64,000 bases of DNA, taken from positions 620,001 to 684,000 of the forward strand of contig MU058289.1 in the NCBI GenBank assembly GCA_013265495.1, written 5' to 3'. Source of the DNA: Vicugna vicugna (lineage: Eukaryota). The position numbers and the translations under genes are program-made. Every line of letters begins with the position of its first letter. Position 1 is the stretch's first letter. Below the pieces are notes generated by a model. The model saw nothing but the letters and a program-made list of their open reading frames with translations, was not told the origin of the DNA and made no database searches. Positions 11,202 through 19,990 of this stretch are shown here, piece by piece.

Positions 11202-11252
11202 TGTAACAACCCAGGGAATGAAGTCCGTGAGTCCGGAGCATCCAGGAGTCAG
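11202..11252 (+). CDS. DMKN: Dermokine exon 7 (CNNPGNEVRESGASRSQ)
   Basis: CCCACAG acceptor, CAG|GTGAGA donor. Confidence 0.9.
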
Positions 11253-11659
11253 GTGAGAGCCACACTTGCAGCGACTGTGGTTTGTCACGGCAACTGTGCC
11301 CACTCCTCAATTCAACTCTGCTCGGCCCCGTGCCTAACGCTAACCTCTGTCCCAAACCCTCCTGGGGGACTTTACAATTTAGGGGGAAGAAACCAAATGT
11401 GTGCCCCTAGAAAGTGTATTAAGTTCCAAATTATTCATTCATTGCAACTCCTTACATGATATCTCCACAGAAGGGGTGGTGAAAAATCATAGGAAAACCA
11501 GTCCTTTTGGAAACAAAATTGTTTCCACTGGCCCGTGAACAGAATTCGGTGACCTCTTGGACAGCATTTTGAAATAGTGCTTTGGATGTATGCATTTCCC
11601 TCCTAGCTTATTCTGGAAATCTGGCCCTCTGTCGGCACCTGCGGCGCTGACAGAGGAGG

Positions 11660-11790
11660 GGGTAGGCTAAGGCATCACCTAGAGGTCTTGTGAAAATGCA
11701 GATTCTGACTCAGCAGGTCTAGGGTGGGGCTGAGGTTCTGGCTTCTAACAAGCTTCAGGATGAGGCCGACGCTGCTGGTCTGCGCACTGG
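11660..11790. mobile_element. MER5A-like hAT DNA transposon fragment (approximate limits)
   Basis: catcacctagaggtcttgtgaaaatgcagattctgactcagcaggtctagggtggggctgag. Confidence 0.55.
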
Positions 11791-12712
11791 TGTGAGCGTG
11801 GCCTGCAGGGTGAGGGGCGCGCCCCTGGGGAGAAGGAGGCATGGGGGCAGTGGGGCTACATTGAGAAAGCTCTCACGTATCAGGGATGCTAAACTTTTAT
11901 GAGGAGACAAGTTTTAAGAAACCTCCTCCCAGCCTGTAACTCTATTTCCGGTTTTTTAATATACCAAAGTCTTAAATATGTAGCGAGGGGGGAAAACAGA
12001 CAAAAATAATAAAATGGTCAAGGGGGTATTTTTAAAAACCAGATTTAAGAAGGCCAAGTTGACAAGTGGAAAGAAAGGCAGTGAACTTTGACCTAGAAGA
12101 TGGGGGTTCAAACACCAGCAGTATCATCAATCATCTGTGTGTCTCCAGGGAAGTCAGCTGACTTCTCTGAGCCTGGGCTTCCTCTTGGGTAAAAGAGGGA
12201 CCGTGAAGCCTAACTTGCTCACCCCTCCTCAGTTACTGCAGAGCTGTCTGCACCATAACCGGACCAAGGTGGATCAGGGTCCTGACGCTGGAGTCTGACA
12301 TGGAGACAGGTGCCGAGCAAAGTTGCTGGACAGCTCCCAGTTTCCGCTTCCCCATCTGCAAAGCGGAGGCGTCTCCGCATGGGAATGGGACAGGATGGGA
12401 CCCAGAGCTCAGCACACAGTGGGATTAAATATTGGTTACTAGTGGTGTTTTGGGAGCAAGGAATGGGTGGAAGTAAGAATATGGATATGATTCAAAGGAC
12501 TCGGTAGGGTTATTCTGGGTAATGAGTAGTGAGTCATTCGAGTGAGGCTTTCTGGAGGTAGGGCTCTTAGGCAATGTGTAAAGAAGAGAAGAAGGAGGCT
12601 TTACAGGGAGGACAGAGAACTTGAGCAAAGGCGGAGATGAGTGGGCCAGGAGCAGGTTGATTGGTGGCCAGATGCATGAGCCTGGAACACCAGTCGCCTT
12701 TTCCCCACCCAG

Positions 12713-12763
12713 GGGCAAGGGTCCAGTGGAGCAGGTGAAGCCGTCAGTGGAATCAACACCTTG
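12713..12763 (+). CDS. DMKN: Dermokine exon 8 (GQGSSGAGEAVSGINTL)
   Basis: CACCCAG acceptor, TTG|GTGAGT donor. Confidence 0.85.
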
Positions 12764-12887
12764 GTGAGTGGGGGCATCACTCCTCCTTGGGCTGAGACCC
12801 ACCCTTGCCTCTCCCTATGTCTCCTGCCCCTGCCCCATACTCACAAAGTCGGTTCTGACTCTTACCCTGTTCTCATGGGTTTCTTAG

Positions 12888-12935
12888 GACTCTCCGACAA
12901 CTCCTGGGCCCTTCAACTTCGAAGCTTTCTGGAAG
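12888..12935 (+). CDS. DMKN: Dermokine exon 9 (DSPTTPGPFNFEAFWK)
   Basis: TTCTTAG acceptor, AAG|GTGAGT donor; FNFxxFWK motif. Confidence 0.92.
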
Positions 12936-13137
12936 GTGAGTTCGGCAATAGTGCTCTGCTCACTCTCTTTTGGAAAACCAAACTTTTGTCCCTTGGCCCC
13001 ACAGGCTGCAGCCTTCTTTCTAGAGTGACCATCAGTGGTGGTTCTTGACCTCTCTTGTCCTGAGACCTTGAGCTGATTACATTGTGGACCAGTTGGGTCA
13101 TTTCTTTCTTTCTTTTTTTTTCCCTCTCTCTCTGCAG

Positions 13138-13185
13138 AATTTTAAATCCAAGCTGGGTTTCATTAACTGGGATGCCATAAACAAG
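13138..13185 (+). CDS. DMKN: Dermokine exon 10 (NFKSKLGFINWDAINK)
   Basis: Long polypyrimidine tract + TGCAG, AAG|GTAAGG donor; peptide identical to the recalled human one. Confidence 0.95.
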
Positions 13186-14835
13186 GTAAGGGCTGGAAGG
13201 CTGTGTCATTCTGATCTTTGTGGGAGAAAGACAGAGAGAAGAAAGCTAATTCCTGCTTGGTGAGTCAGGGAACAATGTCAATGCCTCTAGGAGAGCATTT
13301 CAGCCAGTGTTTTAAAAAAAAAAGATAGAAACAAGGGGGAAGGACAGCAGAGCCCTGAAGACAGAGGGAGAATTTGGAAAGAGCTGGGAGTTGGGGATGA
13401 GGAGGGAAGGGGTCTCTTTTATGTCTCAGCACACAGACCTGAGCAGGGCTGAACCTCAGTTTCCAGTTCGACACTAGAAGGTGCAGGGGAGAGTGAGTTC
13501 TCAGGCCTGATCCTCAGGAACCAGGGAGGAAGTAGAGGCAGGGGGAGGGGGTGGACTGAACCATCAGGAGCTAAAAGGCCAGCTGAGGACTGACACTGAG
13601 AGGGAAGGGAAAAGGAACGAACGCTGGCCGGCTGAGAGCCTGCTGGTGCCCGGTTCTAGTCTGGGCCCTGAACGTACATCATTTTAGGAAACACCTGGGG
13701 CCTAGATCCTCCGGCTCCTTCTGCCCTGTTCACCCCATCCTTGGAGGGGGAGCCCCTGGCCAGGCTGATTTGACTCCAGAATAGCAGGTGTACCTCCAGG
13801 GCACAGGGGGTGGACTGGAAGGCGGGACGGCAGACGAACCATCCAAACAAATCCCCGAGGCAGAAGCTGCCATCGGTGGCCCACTGATTGGTTGGTTTGA
13901 TCTAGTTTTTAAAAACAATATGTCCACCCTGGGCCCCTCTTTCTACGGCCTATGACGGCCTAGAGCTGAGTAGCAGCTGCTTCTTGCCACGGGGGCTTGC
14001 TCTGCACTGGACAGACTGCCCCCGCCCATCACTGTCATTCTGCCACCCAACTGGTCCCTGTGAGCAGTGGAGTTTCTGACCCTTAATGTAAGAGAATGCA
14101 GACCAGGACCCCTGCCCTGCAGAGCTTGTTGGGGAAGTGGGCGGTGGAAGGCGGGGAGGCAAAGGGATCACCCACACCTCAGGAAAGGCACCTGGGAGTA
14201 AGGTGGGGGGTGAAAGGCAGGAGGTGCAAACTCCTAGCTACGGCAGAGTCGTGGTCTGAATGAACCAGATGAACAGAGCAGACTGCTCCGATTTCGTGAA
14301 AAACTGTTTCTGGTCTGGGCGAAACTCCTTACTGTGGACCATGCGGAGACCAGGCCCCTGAGCGTGGGGCACTTAGGGTCTGACGGGACAGCCAGGGCCC
14401 ACACAGATGCTTCCCTGAGGGCCCGGGCTGACACCTGGCAGCGGGGTGGGTGGCAGCAAAGAGGGTGCTCGCAGCTGTGCAGAATCCGTTTGGGGTGGCT
14501 CCCCTCAGGAGCAATCTCCTAGGAAGCAGGGCAGGACAGAGATGTGCAAAGAAATGGAGAACCCCAGCTTCTTCCTGGTGGGGAGAGGATGAGGGAGAGG
14601 AGGACTTCGGCCAGAGTGAGGACTAAGGACAGGGGGGTTCCACTTAGCATCCTGGCCAAGTATGGGGGCTTTTAAGCCCAAGCTGGAATATCTGGATTGG
14701 ACTGGATGACAGCCATGGGTGAAAAGGTCCCTGCAGTTTTCTGGAGCAGGGGCCCAATCTCTCCCCTTGCCTTGGTCCACTACCCCCGAATTCCTAGTCC
14801 TCGAGCTCCCTCTTAGAACTTATTTCTTTGCCCAG

Positions 14836-14862
14836 GACCAGAGGAGCTTTCGCACCCCGTGA
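14836..14862 (+). CDS. DMKN: Dermokine gamma alternative terminal exon (DQRSFRTP*)
   Basis: TTTGCCCAG acceptor, in-frame TGA 14860-14862; resembles the recalled human gamma end DQRSSRIP. Confidence 0.85.
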   Translation, partial: DQRSFRTP

Positions 14863-14953
14863 CCTCCCGACAAGGAGCTACCAGATGGATGGGAGCCCCC
14901 ATCCCTTCTTAAAACACCACTATCTCACCACTAACCCCAACATTTGCCCTTGA

Positions 14954-14959
14954 AATAAA
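14954..14959 (+). terminator. DMKN: Dermokine gamma polyadenylation signal
   Basis: AATAAA about 92 nt after the gamma stop, with T/GT-rich sequence downstream. Confidence 0.75.
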
Positions 14960-15410
14960 TCTTAGCTGTCCCACACTCCTGGTCTCTGCTCCTTTCTTAT
15001 GTCTCCACTGTTGTTCCAGGGGGGTTGGAAAGGGTGATCTCAGCCCCCCAGCTCTGGGAGATGGGCGGGAGGTGGCATGGCAGGTGAAAGGTGGGAAGGT
15101 CTGGGGGCAGGTCCTGGTTCTGAGGTTTTACTACAGCTGTGTTCTGCCTGAGGCTGAGGGAAACTGGGCTAGAGGAGAATGCTGCGCTGTGCGGTATGTG
15201 TGACGGAGGGGTGGCGAGTGGCTCCAGAGACCTGGCTTCTTTCACCCTCTGTTCCCAGAAAGTTTTCTCATGTCCCTAAAGACACCCAGCTTCCCCCAGA
15301 CCTTAGTCACAATGAATTCTGAAGGCTGAGGATGGTGGTTGCAGGAGCTGGGGCTTCGGTGAGCAGGGGGTCAGGCTCCCGGCTCACCTGCGCCCTACTT
15401 TCATCCACAG

Positions 15411-15467
15411 GGCCAAGCCCCACCCCCCAGCACTCGCGCCCTCCTCTACTTCAGCCGACTCTGGGAG
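15411..15467 (+). CDS. DMKN: Dermokine beta exon 11 (GQAPPPSTRALLYFSRLWE)
   Basis: CCACAG acceptor, GAG|GTAGGA donor. Confidence 0.93.
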
Positions 15468-15775
15468 GTAGGAGAAGTCTCACTCTTGGTCATCCTGTCC
15501 TCCCCCCACCTCCCTCAAGGCAGCTTACTTGCCGCCAAGTTCCCCCTCTTTTCACTGGTGAGATAGGTAATCTCACCCAAAGCTTATCACCAATACCATC
15601 AGAAATGCGAACACCCTCAGTGTCCTGTAAGCTCATCTTCATCCCGCCCCAGACCACGCCCAGGTGCCAAAACCCTCTCTTGCACGTGATCTTGAAACTT
15701 TTCCAACCAGCTGCCAGACTCCACCCTCTGGATTCTGTTTCCCCATGGCCCACTCATCTCTCCTTCTCCCTCTAG

Positions 15776-15823
15776 GACTTCAAACACTACACTCCTTTCT
15801 TGAACTGGAAAGCAATTCTTCAG
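15776..15823 (+). CDS. DMKN: Dermokine beta exon 12 (DFKHYTPFLNWKAILQ)
   Basis: CTCTAG acceptor, CAG|GTAAGG donor. Confidence 0.93.
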
Positions 15824-15949
15824 GTAAGGGCGGCAGAAAGCTGGGGCAGGAAGCTCAGCTCCGGGGACTGGGGTTCTGACCCGGGGCAGTGGCTTGCAGA
15901 TTCTGTCCCAGATCCTTCCCTTCCCTCCCTTCCCATTTTCCTCCCCCTC

Positions 15950-16045
15950 CCCTTATGCAACGCAGAGCAGGGGTGGAGTGGAAGAGAGAAGTTGTGAGTC
16001 ACCGAAGAAGGAGTAGGGTGGCGGGTCCTCCCCAGGATAAAAGCC
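15950..16045 (+). promoter_or_regulatory. DMKN: DMKN alpha internal promoter
   Basis: C/EBP-like TTATGCAA 15953-15960, AP-1 TGAGTCA 15995-16001, TATA-like GATAAAAG 16036-16043, ATG at 16082. Confidence 0.65.
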
Positions 16046-16081
16046 GAGGCCGAGGGTTGGGGCCTCCACAGGTACAGGATC

Positions 16082-16156
16082 ATGAAGCCGGCCACCGTCT
16101 CCGCTCTGCTGCTGTTGCTGCTGGGGGTGGCCTGGCTCCAGGGAAGCCACAGCTGG
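16082..16156 (+). CDS. DMKN: Dermokine alpha first exon (signal peptide MKPATVSALLLLLLGVAWLQGSHSW)
   Basis: Hydrophobic signal peptide matching recalled human alpha MKPATASALLLLLLGLAWTQGSHGW; TGG|GTGGGT donor, phase 0. Confidence 0.9.
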
Positions 16157-17351
16157 GTGGGTACCGCAGGGTGAGCAGGTGGAGGGGACCACAAGGTGGG
16201 GAAGAGGGAGGGGCCTGGGGCTGGGGCTAACTCTCAGGGCTGGAAAGGGGTCACTAGGGAGGAACGTGGAAGAGAAACAGGAGAGCAGGAAGAATGGGGG
16301 AAGGGGTCAGATTATCTGGGCAGGGCCCCTGGGTCCTACAGAAGGCCACACTTCGATTCCATCTGGCCAGGGGCTTTCCGGAATCAGGGCCCTTGGGCAT
16401 CGAGGCAAGTGTTGCCCACTCATTTTCCACATGGGCTAGGCACGTGAGGCTGGACAGACAGGGCCACATCGTGGGATCTTTCAAGAAAAGCTAGAAATCT
16501 GGTTTTCAATTGTTTGCGACTAACTTAACTTAAACATCCAGACCAAACAATGTCTGGAGGCCTGTGGTCCACCAGTTTGTGCCCTCAGTGGGTTTAGAGT
16601 GCATTCAGGTGTGGAGAAGGCGGGGAGTCAGGCCTGACTTGGGAAGAACATCTTGATCCTGACTCTGTAAGTGTGCGTGCGCGCGCGAGTGTATGAGTGT
16701 GTGTGTGTGAGTGTGTGTTCCCAGTAGAGAAGGGCTGATGGCAGGAACTAAGCTCCTCTCCTGCGCAGATCTTCCCCTTGCCCTGCTCCGGGGATTTGGG
16801 GGGCAAGTGCACCTGCAGTGCTTCTTAAGGGCTCCCTCTGCTTTCCTGGATTTCTCCCCTTCCTTTCCCTCCTTTGAGCCAGAGCGAACCCAAGGCACGT
16901 CCCTTCGCCCCTGTGGGTAACAGCCCATCCTTCCCAGGACCCTGGGGAGAACAGCATTTGGGAACAAGGATGAAAAGGCCTGTGTGGGGAGCAGGGTGTG
17001 CTGCGGGCAGAAGGCAGGTGGGGCCGAGGTGCCCGGGTCGGCACAGCTCCCCGATTTTTCTAGCTCAGGCTCAGGCCAGCGCTGCTGCCAGGGCCCCAGG
17101 TGCATGGGTGGCAGTGGGGTTACCTCTCCCTATCCACGACCCCTGACACTGTGCAGGAAAATCTGTCCCATATCTGTCTGGGCCATTAGTTCCCTCCAGG
17201 CTTGCCGTCGCCTCTGTAGGCAGCACGTATCTGAGACCACTGAGGGGGCGGGGCAGGCCGGGTGGGATGCTGGAGCCCCCTACTCTGGGGCCTGCAGGTC
17301 CATGGAGATGCCCTCACGACGCCTCCTTCTCCGGCTCCTTCTCCCTCCCAG

Positions 17352-17402
17352 GGTGCTGAGGCGTCCTCGTCGCTCCAGAAGAGGGCAGGCGGCGCTGGCC
17401 AG
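17352..17402 (+). CDS. DMKN: Dermokine exon 13, shared alpha/beta (GAEASSSLQKRAGGAGQ)
   Basis: CTCCCAG acceptor, CAG|GTGAGC donor; conserved SSLQKRAG. Confidence 0.93.
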
Positions 17403-17520
17403 GTGAGCCTCTCCCTCAGACTGCCCTGCCCCGGGGCCGGCCCTGGGTTCCTCTCAGCCCCATTCCTGGGTCTGGCCAACCTGAAACTCTCCTTTATGTC
17501 CTATTCTATAATTTCCTTAG

Positions 17521-17562
17521 CCTGGCGCAGGATGGCAAGACGTGGTACCTGTAACTTCTAAG
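17521..17562 (+). CDS. DMKN: Dermokine exon 14, probable cassette (PGAGWQDVVPVTSK)
   Basis: TTCCTTAG acceptor, AAG|GTAAGA donor, 42 nt phase 0. Confidence 0.85.
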
Positions 17563-17587
17563 GTAAGATAACTGCCACCGACCACTG

Positions 17588-17692
17588 ATTTATTTATTAT
17601 ATTATATTATTATTATCAATGGAAGTACTGGGGACTGAACCCAGGGCCTTGTGGATGCTAAGCCTGCGCTCTACCACTGAGCTATACCCACA
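17588..17692 (-). mobile_element. Vic-1-like tRNA-derived SINE, diverged
   Basis: Reverse of GGGTATAGCTCAGTGGTAGAGCGCAGGCTTAGCATCCACAAGGCCCTGGGTTCAGTCCCCAGTA plus AT-rich tail; imperfect flanking repeat ccac..ctgattta. Confidence 0.75.
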
Positions 17693-17997
17693 ACCGCCAC
17701 TACCACCACCACCACCTGATTTAAATTTCACTTTCTTCCTTGTCTCCTACTGTCACCTCCCCAGCGACACTCGAGGATTTGGGAGAGGCAGGGAGGGACG
17801 GAGGAGGGCTAGGACTGTATAGTGAGGTGAAGGTGTGGGCCCTGGCCGCAGGAGATTCCACAGAAGGAAACCCGCGACGTGAGGAGCGGAGGAGGCAGGG
17901 GCTTTGAGAAGGTCCATTCAGGGCAGGGGAGGGGGGGCAAAGTGCCCTCATCCCTTCTCTCCTTGCCCCCACCCACCGCCCCTGCTTCCTTCCGCAG

Positions 17998-18066
17998 AAC
18001 AACTATAACCAGCAGGCACACCCTAACGCCTCTGGCGGGCAGTACGCAACCAAGATCCCTGCTAAG
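17998..18066 (+). CDS. DMKN: Dermokine exon 15 (NNYNQQAHPNASGGQYATKIPAK)
   Basis: TTCCGCAG acceptor, AAG|GTAAGA donor. Confidence 0.92.
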
Positions 18067-19068
18067 GTAAGACTTGCAGCTGCCCTGATCCCCACTGGGG
18101 TCTCCATCGGGGCAAGGGAGGGAGTTTTTGCACTGCTAAGGTCCTCTGCGTAGGTTAGCTGGGGCTGAATCCTGCTCACTTTGATAGTCATGTCTCTCCA
18201 CCCCTGTGGAGGGAGACTCCAGCCCCCTGAGAGCAGTTTGGAAGAAGAGGGTAGAAGGTTCTCCACACCCTCTCACCCACCCCCTCACTTACAAGGGAGC
18301 AGTGGCCAGTCACGTGCCAGGAAGAAAACAGGGAGCCAGTGTCCTCGCAAGGACTACACGGATCCAGAAAAGAAGAAAAAATCACATGGCAAAACAGCCA
18401 GCTTTCCTTTGTAGTGTCTGCTCTCCAGCTTTTAGTTGCTGACTTTGGGGCCAGTGGGGTCAGGGGAGAGGAGGGGACGCTAGCAGTTAGGGAAAGCTAG
18501 CCTGGGAACTCCTGGTTGGCGGGAAAGTAAATGCTTCACTCCACACAGGAAATAACGGGAAAAACAGGAGGATTTGGTCTTATTGGGTTGCAAAGGAAGC
18601 AATCTGGTAAATTCCGAAAATGAACGTGTTAAATGCTAATTAGGCTGATGAAAAATCAGGCGGTATTTCCCACCATCTCTCAGAACAACAAAGCCCCTGC
18701 CCTCGGGGAGAGGACGTCTACTGAGAGATCAGAAACCGCCTGCTGACTGAGAGGAGGCTGAGATGCAGTCAATAGCACCTGTGGGTACCCACCTCGCCCA
18801 TCCCTTGTGGTCAATTTCTACCCACAGAGCTGGCAGAGGGAGACCTACGTTTCCTCTTTCCACTCCCCTCGGTCAGTGTGTGTTCACGGACCACATTCAA
18901 TATCTTGGGTGAAATGCACTCAGGCTGATACATCTCCTGGGAAAACAATTCCATGGGCTGAGAGTCCACACTCAGACCTTTGCGATAATCCTGGTCTGAG
19001 CCCTGAGGACATGGCCGAGCAGAGAGGCCACTGGAGCCCTTACCTCACCCTCTCTGATCTCTTTACAG

Positions 19069-19092
19069 GGGGGAGTCACGCCGTCTTCCTCG
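19069..19092 (+). CDS. DMKN: Dermokine exon 16, 24-nt microexon (GGVTPSSS)
   Basis: TTTACAG acceptor, TCG|GTAAGT donor. Confidence 0.9.
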
Positions 19093-19200
19093 GTAAGTAC
19101 TGGGGCGCAGAACATCCAGCTCAAGAGAGATGGGGTCTGAGACCCGAGGGGGTGCCGGGGACGGTGCCATGTCCCCTCAGACACTCTCCTTGTCCCACAG

Positions 19201-19248
19201 GCGTCCCGGGTGCAGCCTGGCCTGCTGCAGTGGGTGAAGTTTTGGTAG
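19201..19248 (+). CDS. DMKN: Dermokine exon 17 (ASRVQPGLLQWVKFW*)
   Basis: CCCACAG acceptor; conserved C-terminus; TAG 19246-19248 immediately followed by GTGAGT donor. Confidence 0.95.
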   Translation, partial: ASRVQPGLLQWVKFW

Positions 19249-19714
19249 GTGAGTGTCAGAGGGAGCCACACAGGGCACGCTCATCCGGGGCAGGGCTGGG
19301 ATCCCGCTCTGGGCGGTTGTGCTAAAGGTATTCAAGAGGAGGAGACCCCGGTGTAGAGTGTGGAGAGAGACTCCTAAGAAAATGAACTTGAACTTTCGAA
19401 AGCATCCCTCAGAGTGCTGGGGGAGGCCTGACAGAGGCGGGGCCAGGCGGGGACAGAGAAGGCTGGCAGGGCGGCCTGATGAAGGAGCCAGACAGGACAG
19501 GAATTGTGTGGGGGGCCTCGAGCGGTGAGCCTACCAGGTGCAAAGGTTCAGAGGCAGGAAGAAGAGGTGATATCTGTTTTAGAGCGGAGTGAAAGCGAGG
19601 GGACCGCAGGTGACAGGCAGGCCCTGAGGACCTGCGGCACACAGCAGCAGGGTGGGAGGATGCCTGCTTTCAGCCTGGAGTGGCCGCGTTCTACCACTGG
19701 CTCTTTTCTTCTAG

Positions 19715-19990
19715 AAAATCACTTCCAATAGCGACTGAGGCCCCGAAAAACACCAATCACCAGCTCTTGGTCTGGGTGCTGCCACCTGCTTTTTCTAGCC
19801 TGGGGGGCCTGTCTGTCCCGTCCCCCCCCCTCCACTGTGGGGTCTCCTTGACCACCAGCCTCATCGGATACACCAGGCATTTCTTCACCTGCTCTATTTT
19901 GTGACCTCAGGTCACCACGCCAGACATTCAGGAGACGCAGCCTACTTTAGAGTTTCTCTGTGGAAATAAAACATGAATCTTGTTTCCCTA
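19715..19990 (+). other. DMKN: DMKN alpha/beta non-coding 3'UTR exon (end approximate)
   Basis: CTTTTCTTCTAG acceptor ending 19714; AATAAA 19965-19970. Confidence 0.75.
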
